A DNA stretch of 37,174 nucleotides from Verrucomicrobiota bacterium (GCA_039800465.1 JBDLQQ010000164.1:1-37174), one strand, 5' to 3'; positions 1-9,937 are shown, numbered from the stretch's first letter. Notes: a model not told the origin generated them from the letters alone. Translations and numbers: made by a program.

Positions 1-2726
1 GAGAGCGGGGTGATGGGCGCCTGCTGCCAGTACTCGAGGTCCAGTGGCAGGGCCGAATCCACCTCCGCGGAATCCAGCCCCCCCGGACAGGTCAGCCGCA
101 GCTCGCTGAACGCCACCGTGAAGTCCGACGGATACGGGACGGTCACGTTGCCCTCGGTCAGCGACTTCTCATTCCGGTTGTCGAGATACGACAGCTTGAG
201 GGAGGTCAGCTTCACCGGGTAGCCGTACAGGGTGAGGGCTTCATTGAAGGCCTTCGCCTCGTGGATGCCGCTGATGCCGGCCGAGCGGAGGTAGTACTGG
301 GACCGGGGAGTCAGGTCGTAGACGGGGGTGTCGACCGCCGCGATGCGGCTGAACGCCTTCGGGGCAGCCAGGGTCGATGCGCGGAGGTTGATGCCCGGGT
401 AGTCCGCAATGTCGGTGTCCGACTCCAGATACGCGATCGTGTCGGGCCGGATGACCCGATCCGGCGCGACCGCCGCGCGGTCCACACCGCTGAACAGGAT
501 CGCCCCGACCCCCAGCTCGGCCGTCGTCCCGGAAGCCGGGGCCGTCGAACCAGTCCCCTTGATCCCGCCCACCAGCGAGGAGCCCGCCATGAGATAGGAT
601 CCCCCCGGGAACGTCGGGACCACCGTGTGGGCATATTTTCCAAGATCCGTGGGATCCTGACCCCACCGCAGGAAGAGGTCGGCCGCCGTGACCGGGTCGA
701 GGGTGGTCCCGTCCGCCTGCAGGCCACCATCCCGGGTCACCCGGATCGCCCCAGCATCCGGGGTGAACAACACCCGCGCGATGTCGCTGGCGGCACCGCA
801 GTCCGGGGAGGCACCCGGCTGGTCGACACAGGCACGATCGTATCGGACCTCGAACGGTTTCACCCCGGAAAGCGAACTGGTCGTGGCCACGACCCGGTCC
901 AGATCGAGGTCGATGCCACCGGATCCAGAGACGATCTCCTGACCGGGCTCGCGGACATCGGCGTAGGGGAAATGGGGGTGGAACTGGCCGGGACCGAGCT
1001 TGAGGCGCGTGGTGATGGCGCCGTTCTTGTCGGGATCGACCGCGACGACGGCCGTGCCGCCGAGGACGCCGTTGACGCCGAGGTAGACGTGGTCGTTGGC
1101 GGCCTTCACCGCCGACTCCGGATTCTGCAGGGCGGCCCGCTGCGCGAAGAGGAGGTTCAGGTCGACCAGGCGGGGCATCGACGCCGTGGACACGGTGGCG
1201 TCGATCCGGCCCGCGGCGACGATCCACTGCAGCGCGGAGGCCTGGTACTCGACCGGTTTCGACTCCTCGGTGAGGCGCCCGCCGGGGAAGGCCACGGGGC
1301 CGACGGGATCGACCGCGGCATCCAACGGGACGTCGCTGGCGGTGATCGTCCCGAGGAACCGGCGGGTCACCCCATTCGTCACAAAGCCGACGCCGGGCGG
1401 CAACTGCAGGGACAGGAGAGCCGCCCGGAGTCCGACACCGCCCAGGTAGAGGTTCTCCCGGGTGTACCGGAGGCCCGCCGCGATGTCGGCATCGGGAACC
1501 GGTCCCGTCACCGGCACCGTGCCGGCTCCCTTGAAGTAGGCGATGCCCGCGGGATCGATGGCGACCGGCATCGGGCTGCCACCGAACGAGTAGGCCGAGC
1601 CCGCCCCGGGCAGCACCCCATTGCCGGCGGGGATCACCAGGGTGGTCGGCACCTGTCCCGCCGCCGGAGCGGCCGCGGCCGCCGCCGGGTCGTTCGAGAT
1701 CTCCGAGAACGTCGTCTGGAAGGTCCCGAACCGGAGGTCTCCGTTGAAGTCGAGCAGCCGCGCCTTCGGGGACAGGGCCCCGTTCTGGACCGCGACATAC
1801 CCCTCCCTGGCGTCGTCCAGGTACTCCACAGTCAGCGTGGCGGCATAGGTCCGCTGCACCGGATTCAATGGCACGGTGGGCTTGAGAAGGATCGGGTCGA
1901 CGGCCCGGTTGGTGTCCGCATTCGGCCCGATCTTGAGCGTCGGCAACACGGAGAGGATCTTGTAGGGCTGGACCCCGGTGACCGTCCGCTCGAACAAGGA
2001 GGTCTGCAGGGGGATCCCGTTCCCGAGGTCATCGACCAGCGAGGCCCGGAACCGCAGTGGCACGTCGACCACCGCCCCGCCGGAGTCGTACCGGTACACC
2101 GTCACCTTCGGGATCACCGAGAACACCGCATCCGGGGAATCCGATGCCGCCGTGCGGACACGGAACCGCTGGCTCCACGCATTGGAGTCGACCTCCGCCA
2201 CGACCTGGTAGGCAGGATCATTGGTGTTCCGGAAGTGGATGTAGGAGTTGCCCGGCAACTGGGTCCCGGACTGTCCCAGGTCCTTGTTGGGGAACGTGGT
2301 GGTGTCCTGCACCGACACCAGGCTGAACCGGTACAGGCGCGAGGGATCGAGTCGGGTATAGGGGATCAGTTCCGTCTCGAGGACCACCGGCTCCAGCACA
2401 TTCGCGGTGACGACGGAGATGGTATGAGCATCCCCGACGGAGTCGTTCCCGCGTTCCAGGCCCCCCTTGAGATGGATCCCGACCGGCTTGCCCTGGTCGT
2501 CGAGCAGCTGCCAGGTCGACCGCAGGGTCCGCTTGCCCTTGGCGGGGAAGCTCTGGGTGAACTCGGCCCGGACCAGGACCGAGTCCGCGTCGAGGCGTCG
2601 GGTCAGGTAGCCCGGGGCCGTGTAGGACGGGGTCGTGAGGGTCGCGGCGCCATGGAGCCACGACGTGGCGGGGGTCAGCCCGAGCCCAATCACCAGTGCC
2701 AGCAGCCAAGTCCGGATCGTGTTCAT
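1..2726 (-). CDS. Large secreted hypothetical protein (>908 aa, runs off the left edge; absent from the ORF track)
   Basis: Manual translation from ATG 2726 gives MNTIRTWLLALVIGLGLTPATSWLHGA (signal-peptide-like). The frame stays open to the window edge (...DLEYWQQAPITPL), uses GC3-rich codons and has a beta-rich composition. An alternative in-frame ATG lies at 2777. Confidence 0.88.
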   Translation of the reverse strand, partial: MNTIRTWLLALVIGLGLTPATSWLHGAATLTTPSYTAPGYLTRRLDADSVLVRAEFTQSFPAKGKRTLRSTWQLLDDQGKPVGIHLKGGLERGNDSVGDAHTISVVTANVLEPVVLETELIPYTRLDPSRLYRFSLVSVQDTTTFPNKDLGQSGTQLPGNSYIHFRNTNDPAYQVVAEVDSNAWSQRFRVRTAASDSPDAVFSVIPKVTVYRYDSGGAVVDVPLRFRASLVDDLGNGIPLQTSLFERTVTGVQPYKILSVLPTLKIGPNADTNRAVDPILLKPTVPLNPVQRTYAATLTVEYLDDAREGYVAVQNGALSPKARLLDFNGDLRFGTFQTTFSEISNDPAAAAAAPAAGQVPTTLVIPAGNGVLPGAGSAYSFGGSPMPVAIDPAGIAYFKGAGTVPVTGPVPDADIAAGLRYTRENLYLGGVGLRAALLSLQLPPGVGFVTNGVTRRFLGTITASDVPLDAAVDPVGPVAFPGGRLTEESKPVEYQASALQWIVAAGRIDATVSTASMPRLVDLNLLFAQRAALQNPESAVKAANDHVYLGVNGVLGGTAVVAVDPDKNGAITTRLKLGPGQFHPHFPYADVREPGQEIVSGSGGIDLDLDRVVATTSSLSGVKPFEVRYDRACVDQPGASPDCGAASDIARVLFTPDAGAIRVTRDGGLQADGTTLDPVTAADLFLRWGQDPTDLGKYAHTVVPTFPGGSYLMAGSSLVGGIKGTGSTAPASGTTAELGVGAILFSGVDRAAVAPDRVIRPDTIAYLESDTDIADYPGINLRASTLAAPKAFSRIAAVDTPVYDLTPRSQYYLRSAGISGIHEAKAFNEALTLYGYPVKLTSLKLSYLDNRNEKSLTEGNVTVPYPSDFTVAFSELRLTCPGGLDSAEVDSALPLDLEYWQQAPITPL

Positions 2727-2962
2727 GCCGCGAGGAGATCTGCAGCGATCCTCGAGAGCAGTGGACGTCGACACCATCAGGACACGGCAGGGGCCAGGCC
2801 GATCTGCGGGACGAGCAACCTCCTCGGGGATGCCTCGACAGGATGAAAGGGCGATCTCGCCATTGGCAACACGGTTCCCGTCAGAGCATCAAAAAGTTGC
2901 AGTCCACCCAGGGCGGTCCGTCGTTCCACGGCACGCATCGGCATCCACTCGGCATCCACGGT

Positions 2963-4414
2963 TCAAGACGCAATGGGGGATGCCTGGCCTGGCTCTCCAC
3001 TGCTTCCCGGCAGCCGCACGGTGAACTCGCTGCCCTTTCCCGGGGCACCTGTGACCCCGACCGTGCCGCCGTGGGCCTCGACCACGGCCTTCACCAGGCT
3101 CAGCCCCAACCCCAGCCCCCGCTGGGATCGGCTCCGATCCCCCCGGTAGAGACGGGTCCAGATCCGCGCCTGTTCCTCGTGTGACACCCCGATGCCGGTG
3201 TCGCGGACCCGGATCACCACCTGACCGGACTCCACCCGCGCGCCCAGGGTCACGGTGCCCCCTTCCGGGGTGTACTTGAGGGCGTTGTCGACCAGGTTGC
3301 CCAGGACCTGACGCATCCGGTCGGGATCCACCGATGCGACGCACCGCTGGGGGAGCTCGGAGCGGACCGTGATCTGCCGCTCCTCCGCGACGAACGCATA
3401 CATCTCGGCCACCTCGCCCAGGAGGTGTGCGAGGTCGGTGGGCTGCCGCTTCAGGGTCATCATGCCGGCCTCGGCCTCGGCGACATCCATGAGGGTGTTG
3501 AGCATCCGCAGCACCCGCTCGGATTCCTCGACACAGTCCGCCAACGCCTCCTGGGCCGCGGCGGGATCCCGGCCCTCATCCCGCAGGGCGAGCTCCGCGG
3601 TGCCCCGGAGACGGGTCAACGGGGTGCGGAGATCGTGCGCGACGTTGTCGAGCGACTCCCGCATGGCCCGGATGAGCGACTCGTTCTTGTCGAGGACGGT
3701 ATTGAAGTGGCGGGCCATCTCGGTGAGCTCGTTGTCCCCCCGTGGGATGGGCACCCGGACGTCATGACGTCCCTCCTCGATGATCCTCCGGGCGGTCCGG
3801 GTGACCTCGCGGACGGGACGCGTGGCGCTCCAGGCGAAGATGCCACCGCCGAGCAGTGCGAGGGCCACCGCCCCACCGCCGAACTGCCAGAACACCCGAC
3901 GCAGGGTGCTCGACAGGACCGCCCGGCTGTCGGTGGTCCGTCCCACCTCCAGGATCACGCCGTTCGCGAGCTGGCCCTCGGTCAGGAGGAAGTCCCGCAT
4001 CGCGTCCTTGGGGATCCGCAGCTCCCGGACCTTCTCGACCACATAGAGTCCCTGGCTGGGTTCCGGCACCTGCCGGGTCCTCACGGCCCACCATTCGTCA
4101 GGGACCTCCGTGAGGAGCACCTGGCTGCCGCCCCGGCTGAGCCGGACATAGAGCGAGGTGACCCCAGGATATTGTGCGCTGCTGCGGACGGCCGCGCGGA
4201 GGGCGTCCACACCCTGTCGCATGTAGATGTCGGCAAACCTCCGGAACAACACCTCCAGCTCGGCGCCGGCCCGCTTCTCGAGTCGCGAGGCGAGGTCCTC
4301 ATGCAGCGCGACGAACAGCCCGGTGGACGCGACGACGAAGATCAGCGCGAACCAGGCGCTGAGACGCACCGCGAGCGAACGGCGGAGAGGGTCAACCAAT
4401 CGGACGAAGGACAT
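2963..4414 (-). CDS. HAMP-domain sensor histidine kinase (CusS/CzcS-like)
   Basis: Two TM segments, HAMP (TRPVREV...NELTEMARHFN), H-box AHDLRTPL, N-box NLVDNALKY, G boxes DTGIG and GLGLGL. The start at ATG 4414 overlaps the end of the response regulator. Confidence 0.93.
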   Translation of the reverse strand: MSFVRLVDPLRRSLAVRLSAWFALIFVVASTGLFVALHEDLASRLEKRAGAELEVLFRRFADIYMRQGVDALRAAVRSSAQYPGVTSLYVRLSRGGSQVLLTEVPDEWWAVRTRQVPEPSQGLYVVEKVRELRIPKDAMRDFLLTEGQLANGVILEVGRTTDSRAVLSSTLRRVFWQFGGGAVALALLGGGIFAWSATRPVREVTRTARRIIEEGRHDVRVPIPRGDNELTEMARHFNTVLDKNESLIRAMRESLDNVAHDLRTPLTRLRGTAELALRDEGRDPAAAQEALADCVEESERVLRMLNTLMDVAEAEAGMMTLKRQPTDLAHLLGEVAEMYAFVAEERQITVRSELPQRCVASVDPDRMRQVLGNLVDNALKYTPEGGTVTLGARVESGQVVIRVRDTGIGVSHEEQARIWTRLYRGDRSRSQRGLGLGLSLVKAVVEAHGGTVGVTGAPGKGSEFTVRLPGSSGEPGQASPIAS

Positions 4415-5066
4415 ATCCCACCCCACGGATCGTGTGGATGCGCTGCTTGTCGGGATCCACCTTGCCGCGGAGCCGGTGCACGAGGACGTCGACCACGTTG
4501 GTCTGCGGGTCGAAGCTGTAGTCCCACACGTGCTCGAGGATCATGGTCTTGGTCACGGTCCTGCCCGGGTTGCGCATCAGGTACTCGAGCAGGGAGAACT
4601 CGCGGGGCTGGAGGTCGACGCGTTCCCCGGAACGGGTCACCTCGCGGCTGAGGAGGTCGAGGATCAGGTCCCCGGCGACGAGCCGGGTCGGCTCCATCCC
4701 GCCCTGGGTCGCCCGCCGGATCAGGGCCTGCACCCGGGCGAGGAGCTCCGAGAAGGCGAACGGCTTGGTCAGGTAGTCGTCCCCGCCCGCCTGGAGCCCC
4801 TTCACCCGGTCGTCGACCGTCGCCCGGGCGCTGAGGAACAGGATCGGCAGGCGGGATCCCTTCGCGCGGAGCCGCTGGACCACCGAGAGCCCGTCCAGCT
4901 TCGGCACCATGATGTCCACGACGGCGGCGTCGAACGTCGTGATCTCCGCGAGGCCGAGTCCCGCCTCGCCATCCGAGGCGTGGTCGACCGCGTAGCCACT
5001 CTGCTTGAGCCCCTTGACGAGGAACGAGGCGATCTTGGGGTCGTCTTCAATCACAAGCACTCGCAC
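4392..5066 (-). CDS. OmpR/PhoB-family response regulator (CusR/CopR-like)
   Basis: Receiver domain (EDD, phosphoacceptor D in VVDIMVP, KPF) and winged-helix tail VWDYSFDPQTNVVDVLVHRLRGKVD...IHTIRGVGY. Confidence 0.95.
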   Translation of the reverse strand: MRVLVIEDDPKIASFLVKGLKQSGYAVDHASDGEAGLGLAEITTFDAAVVDIMVPKLDGLSVVQRLRAKGSRLPILFLSARATVDDRVKGLQAGGDDYLTKPFAFSELLARVQALIRRATQGGMEPTRLVAGDLILDLLSREVTRSGERVDLQPREFSLLEYLMRNPGRTVTKTMILEHVWDYSFDPQTNVVDVLVHRLRGKVDPDKQRIHTIRGVGYVLRPIG

Positions 5067-5220
5067 GCCGCGACCCTAGCCCATCCCCAACCCCGTGGAC
5101 GAGCGAAGTTCTCGATCCGACATGACGAGTCACGAATCGGGCAGAATAAGTCATGGAGCGGTCGGAAGTTTGGATTTGTCGGTTCACCTGACTTTCCGCA
5201 CCTCCTATCCTCGCCTTCCC

Positions 5221-6300
5221 GTGGCCCGAAACCCAGAGATCAAGTCCCGCTGGCTGGACATGGCGGAGCGTCACTGGTTCTGGACCCTCCAGCTTGCAGG
5301 ATGGGGCCTCGCCACGCCGATGGTGTTCGCGAGCATCCGGGCAGCGTTCGCCGCTCCGCAACAGGCGGCGATCATGACCGCGATCCGGATCCTCTCCGGG
5401 TTCCTGATCACCTCCCTCCTGCTGCGACCGGTCTACCGGCGCCTCCGTTCCCTCGACTGGCCCCTGCCCATGCAGGGCCTGGTCGTGTTCGGGCTCTGTG
5501 GCACGATCGCGCACATCGATATCGAGGCTTCGGACGTCCTCGCCGACCGGCTGCGTCAGGCGGCCATCCGGAACTGGGCCCCGGGCATCTGGAGTGCCGT
5601 CCTGTACACGCGTTGGATGGTGTACCTCGTCTGGAGCCTCCTCTACTTCGGCATCGGCTACTGGCGCTCCATCCAGAATCAACAGATGAAGCTGCTCGAG
5701 ACGGAGGCCGCGAACCGCCAGGCGGAACTCCAGCTCCTCCGGGCACAGATCAACCCCCACTTCCTGTTCAACGCCCTGAACACCACCCTCGCCGAGAAGG
5801 ACGACCCGGCCAAGGTGGAGCTGATCGTCCAGGCACTCGCCGAATACCTGCGGTTCTCGATGCAGCAGGACGATGGCCTCGCCCCCCTGGGAGTCGAGCT
5901 GGAGGCCCTCCAGAACTACCTCCGGGTCGAGAAGTTCCGTTTCGAGGAGGACCTGCAGATCGAGATCGACGTGCCCCGCGAAGCCGCCGAGATCCCGGTC
6001 CCCACCTCCCTGATCCAACCTCTGGTGGAGAACGCCATCAAGTTCGGGCGCCTCACCAGTCCGCTCCCGCTCCGACTCCGCATCGGCGCCCGCAGGGATC
6101 CCGGCACCCTGCACCTCGAGGTCGCCAACACGGGCTGCTGGGTCCCCGAGGGTTCCACCAACGGCACCCGCATCGGCCTCGCCAACCTGCGGCGCCGGCT
6201 GGCCCTCATCCTCGGTGATGCCGCGACCCTGACGACCTCGACCCGGGACGGCTGGGTCCACGTCGGGATCCGTGTCCCTGTCGCCCCGAGGATCACCTGA
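5221..6300 (+). CDS. LytS/YehU-type sensor histidine kinase
   Basis: About four TM helices, signature LRAQINPHFLFNALN, QPLVENAIKFG and IGLANLRRRL. The start is uncertain (GTG 5221 or ATG 5260). Confidence 0.92.
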   Translation: MARNPEIKSRWLDMAERHWFWTLQLAGWGLATPMVFASIRAAFAAPQQAAIMTAIRILSGFLITSLLLRPVYRRLRSLDWPLPMQGLVVFGLCGTIAHIDIEASDVLADRLRQAAIRNWAPGIWSAVLYTRWMVYLVWSLLYFGIGYWRSIQNQQMKLLETEAANRQAELQLLRAQINPHFLFNALNTTLAEKDDPAKVELIVQALAEYLRFSMQQDDGLAPLGVELEALQNYLRVEKFRFEEDLQIEIDVPREAAEIPVPTSLIQPLVENAIKFGRLTSPLPLRLRIGARRDPGTLHLEVANTGCWVPEGSTNGTRIGLANLRRRLALILGDAATLTTSTRDGWVHVGIRVPVAPRIT

Positions 6301-7025
6301 TGCGCGCCATCCTCGTCGATGACGAACGCCTCGCCCGGAAGCGCCTGGCGACGATGCTGGCCCAGCATCCCGAGGTGCGGATCGTGGGCGAGGCCAACTC
6401 CGTCGCGGCCGCCCAGGACCTGATCGCCAAGGTCCGCCCCAACATCCTCTTCCTCGACATCCAGATGCCCCATGCGGACGGGTTCGAGCTCGTGCCCTCG
6501 ATCCCCATCGAGGCCGCGGTCGTGTTCGTGACGGCCTATGACCAGCACGCGCTGCGGGCGTTCGAGTCGGCCGCCCTGGACTACCTGTTGAAGCCCGTGT
6601 CGGCCGACCGCCTGGCCGAGACGGTGCGCAGGCTGCGTCTCCGGCTCAAGACCGATGCCCGCGAGGTCCTGGTCGGCGACTCGCGGAACTGGACCCGCAT
6701 CCCGATCCGGGAGATCTCCGTCATCCAGGCCGAGGGTGCCTACACCCGGGTCCTCAGGGGGGCGACAGACTCCCATCTGGTCCGTCGCAGCATGGCCGAA
6801 TGGCTCGACCTCCTGCCGCCGGACGAGTTCATCCGGGCCAACCGATCCCTGCTGGTCAACCGGAACCACGTCTCAGGGTTGAGGTCGAGGAACCGCGACG
6901 AGGGGGAGCTCCTGATCCGGGACCGGACCACTCCGATTCCCCTGGGGCGCACCGCGCTCCGGGTCCTGCGTTCGGCGTGCCCACCCGAGGACAGGCCCAG
7001 GAACGGGTCCTCGCCTCCGGTCTGA
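6300..7025 (+). CDS. LytTR-family DNA-binding response regulator
   Basis: Receiver VDDE/FLDIQMP/TAY/DYLLKP and LytTR domain (FIRANRSLLVN). The TGATG overlap couples it to the kinase. Confidence 0.94.
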   Translation: MRAILVDDERLARKRLATMLAQHPEVRIVGEANSVAAAQDLIAKVRPNILFLDIQMPHADGFELVPSIPIEAAVVFVTAYDQHALRAFESAALDYLLKPVSADRLAETVRRLRLRLKTDAREVLVGDSRNWTRIPIREISVIQAEGAYTRVLRGATDSHLVRRSMAEWLDLLPPDEFIRANRSLLVNRNHVSGLRSRNRDEGELLIRDRTTPIPLGRTALRVLRSACPPEDRPRNGSSPPV

Positions 7026-7125
7026 CCCTCCCTCGCTGGCGGGAGGGATCCACTCGGAGGGACGCTCCTGCGTCCCGTTCGCAGGGCACTGCTCACCCAC
7101 CAACTTCACATCTTCCATCGCCCGC

Positions 7126-7153
7126 CTCCGCTCTTTGCTCTTTGCCCTTCGCC
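7126..7153. repeat. Degenerate heptamer tandem repeat (CTYYGCY)x4
   Basis: ctccgct ctttgct ctttgcc cttcgcc read directly from the sequence. Confidence 0.6.
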
Positions 7154-7188
7154 CCGGGGCGAGGAGACTCCTTGCAGTGTCGTTCCCG

Positions 7189-9807
7189 ATGGCAATGCCC
7201 ACCTCCAGATCCCGCGTCCGGTCCGTGTCCCGGTCGATCCGCTGGTTGTGCTCCCTGTGCCTGGGACTCCTGTGTGGCATCGCCCTGCCCCCCCTCGCGG
7301 AGGCCCAGGAGGGGGCGGAACGCCTGGCCTACGAGGCGGCCCTGAGGGATTTCGACCTCGGCCAATGGGATCGTGCAGCCGGTTCCCTCGGCGCGTTTTC
7401 GTCCGCCTATCCGGGATCCTCCCTCAGGACCGAGGTCGAGTCGCGACTCCGGTTCGCCGAGGCGGAACGGAGCTGGGCGGCCGGGGACTGGTCCGGTGCA
7501 GCCCGTTCGTTCTCCAACTACCTCGCGGCCCCGACGCCTCCCCCCCTGGCGGCAGTGGCCGCGGTACGGCTCGCCCAGTGCCGCCTCAAGGAAGGCGATC
7601 CAACCGCCGCATTGGAGATCCTCCAGTCGGGTGATGGCCCATTCGTCCGGGCCCTGCGGCAGCGGTCGGATCCCTCCCTCGCCTTCCGGGGACTGCTCAC
7701 CCGCGCCGAGGCCCTGCGGGCCCTGAGGAAGCCGACCGACGCCATCATCGCCCTGCAGGAGGCTGAACCGATGGCGTCCAACCTCCAGGAGAAGGCCCTG
7801 CGATGGCGGGCCCTCGCGGGTCTGCATGAGGACGCGGGGCAGCCCGCGGAGGCGGCGCGCGCGGCGGAGGCGTGGGGCCGAATCCTCGTCGAGGAGGGAC
7901 TTCCCGAGACCCGAGCCGAGGCCAATGCGCTTGCCGGACGTCTCTGGCGTCTGGCCGGGGACCGCACCGCAGCCGAAGCCGCCCACGCCCGGAACCTCTC
8001 CGCCGAGACCCCCCTGGACCGCCAGCGGGAGGCCACCCTCGCCCTGGCGGACCTCGCCGCGGACCAGTCCGACTGGACCCGTTCCCGGGAACGGCTCGAG
8101 AACTATCTCGCCAGCCATCCGGAGGACCCCAACGCGGCGGAGTTCCAGCTCCGGCTGGGCCAGTCCCTCCTGCAGCAGTTCCTGTCCGACCGCGGCCTCA
8201 CCAATGCCCCGGCCGGTGGAGCCTCCCTGCTCACGCGGGCGATCGGACAGTTCACGGAGGGGTTGAAGCGATCCCCCGCCCCACCCGTGGTCGGCCAGCT
8301 GCGCCTCGGACGCGGCTGGGCCCTCTGGGAATCCCTTGATCCCAAGGATCCGCCGGAACGGATCCAGGCGGCGGCGGCCGACTTCGAGGCGGCCCTCCCG
8401 CTCCTGTCATCCGGATGGGACGCCTCGGTCGCCCGGTTCAAGCTCGCCGACGCAGAGCTGCGCCTCGGCAATCCGGCCAAGGCACTGAAGCCCCTGCGGG
8501 AGCTCCTCCGGGATGCCGGCACGAATGCCCGCGTCCAGCAGGAGCTGGTGCCGAAGGCCCTGGTCCAGGCCGCCCAGGCCGCGGTCGGCGCCCGGGAGCC
8601 CGGCCCGGCCCGCGAAGCCGCCGAGGAACTGATCCAACGTCGGCTCCCGGAGCCGGGGATCGCGCCCTCCGTGTTGACCGTCTCCCAGTTCCTCGCGGAC
8701 TCGGGGGACCCGGAGGCCGGGCGCACCCTGCTGCGGCGCTTCCTCAAGGAATACCCGTCCGGGACCTCCGCCCCGGAGGCCGAGCTGGGACTCGCCGCGA
8801 TCGAGCTCCGCGCCCGGGCCTGGGGCACCGCGGTCGGAGCCCTCGACCACTGGATCGCCACCCACCCGGATCACCCCCGGATGCCGCAGGCGGAGTTCGA
8901 CCGCGCCTGGGCGATGGTCCAGGCCGGCCTGACCGACAACGCCATCGCCCGGTTCACCGAGATCGCCACCCGGTTCCCGACCAACCACATCTCCCAGACC
9001 GCCTCCCTGTGGCTGGCCGACCACTACTTCTCCCAGGGGGACTTCGCCCAGGCGGAACGGCTCTGCGTCAACCTCCTGACGAACACGGCCTGGCGGGGCA
9101 GTCCCCAGTGGCACGAGGCCCGGCTGCGCGCGGCGGAGTCGGCACGTCGACGCCAGAGCGCCGCCAGCGCCCGGGAACAGTTCCTCGAGCTCCTCAACGA
9201 CCGCACGACCCCGACCCAGCTCCTGCCCCAGGCCTACCTCGCGCTGGGCGAGACCCATGTGCAGACCCCGGAGGCCAACGACGCCACGCCGGTCGAGCCC
9301 TACCGCAGGGCCCTCGAGGCCTTCACCGCCGCGGCCCAGTTCACTAACTCCCCGGTCTCGATCGCCGCCCTCGGCCGCATGGCCGACTGCCACCTGCAGC
9401 TCGCGACCCAGTCGACCAACAGCTACGCGAAGGCCGACGAGCTCTACCGTCGGATCATCGCCTCCCCGAAGGCCGACCTCTCGACCCGATCCAAGGCCTC
9501 GGTCGGCCTGGGCGTGGTCAGCGAGAAGCTGGCCGCCCTGCAGCCTGCCGCCGCTGCAAAACCCCTGCTCGAGGCCGCGCTCAACCACTACCTCGACGTC
9601 GTCAACGGGACGCTGTCCCGTCCGGGCGAGGTCCCGGATCCCTGGTGGCTCAAGGAGGCCGGACGCGAGGCCGGACGCCTGCTGGAGTCGGCGGGACGCT
9701 GGCGCGAGGCGTCCACCCTCTACGATCGGCTCGCCAGCGAGCTGCCCGCCCTCAAGGCCACCCTCGAGCTCCGGTCCCGACAGGCCCTGCAGCGGATCCA
9801 GCAGTGA
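7189..9807 (+). CDS. Large exported TPR protein (BamD/CpoB-like repeats)
   Basis: Signal-peptide-like segment (WLCSLCLGLLCGIALPPLAEA) and repeated TPR hairpins with F/YP turns (AYPGS, SHPED, EYPSG, THPDH, RFPTN). The start is approximate. Confidence 0.85.
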   Translation: MAMPTSRSRVRSVSRSIRWLCSLCLGLLCGIALPPLAEAQEGAERLAYEAALRDFDLGQWDRAAGSLGAFSSAYPGSSLRTEVESRLRFAEAERSWAAGDWSGAARSFSNYLAAPTPPPLAAVAAVRLAQCRLKEGDPTAALEILQSGDGPFVRALRQRSDPSLAFRGLLTRAEALRALRKPTDAIIALQEAEPMASNLQEKALRWRALAGLHEDAGQPAEAARAAEAWGRILVEEGLPETRAEANALAGRLWRLAGDRTAAEAAHARNLSAETPLDRQREATLALADLAADQSDWTRSRERLENYLASHPEDPNAAEFQLRLGQSLLQQFLSDRGLTNAPAGGASLLTRAIGQFTEGLKRSPAPPVVGQLRLGRGWALWESLDPKDPPERIQAAAADFEAALPLLSSGWDASVARFKLADAELRLGNPAKALKPLRELLRDAGTNARVQQELVPKALVQAAQAAVGAREPGPAREAAEELIQRRLPEPGIAPSVLTVSQFLADSGDPEAGRTLLRRFLKEYPSGTSAPEAELGLAAIELRARAWGTAVGALDHWIATHPDHPRMPQAEFDRAWAMVQAGLTDNAIARFTEIATRFPTNHISQTASLWLADHYFSQGDFAQAERLCVNLLTNTAWRGSPQWHEARLRAAESARRRQSAASAREQFLELLNDRTTPTQLLPQAYLALGETHVQTPEANDATPVEPYRRALEAFTAAAQFTNSPVSIAALGRMADCHLQLATQSTNSYAKADELYRRIIASPKADLSTRSKASVGLGVVSEKLAALQPAAAAKPLLEAALNHYLDVVNGTLSRPGEVPDPWWLKEAGREAGRLLESAGRWREASTLYDRLASELPALKATLELRSRQALQRIQQ

Positions 9808-9937
9808 TCCAAGGCCCAACCGCCTCGACGGAAAACCCCACCGCCCACCCGGGCAGTTGTCCCTCGCCAAACGGCATTCCCGTGGGAAGATTCCCGCAGC
9901 CCCCGGAATGCATCCGGGCGGTTCCTGATCCAACCCG

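Noticed and set aside
261-2846. 861-aa plus-strand ORF, and similar long ORFs such as 15594-18536, 22614-24317 and 26231-27925
   Set aside because: These are antisense shadows of real GC3-biased genes, with Arg/Gly/Pro-rich translations and no motifs.
2864-2880. Sigma54-like -24/-12 site (TGGCAACACGGTTCC on +, CGGGAACCGTGTTGC on -)
   Set aside because: Each orientation misses part of the consensus, and no enhancer-binding protein gene is nearby.
7026-7047. Hairpin ccctccc/gggaggg after the LytTR gene
   Set aside because: It has no U-tract and is short, so it cannot be called a terminator.
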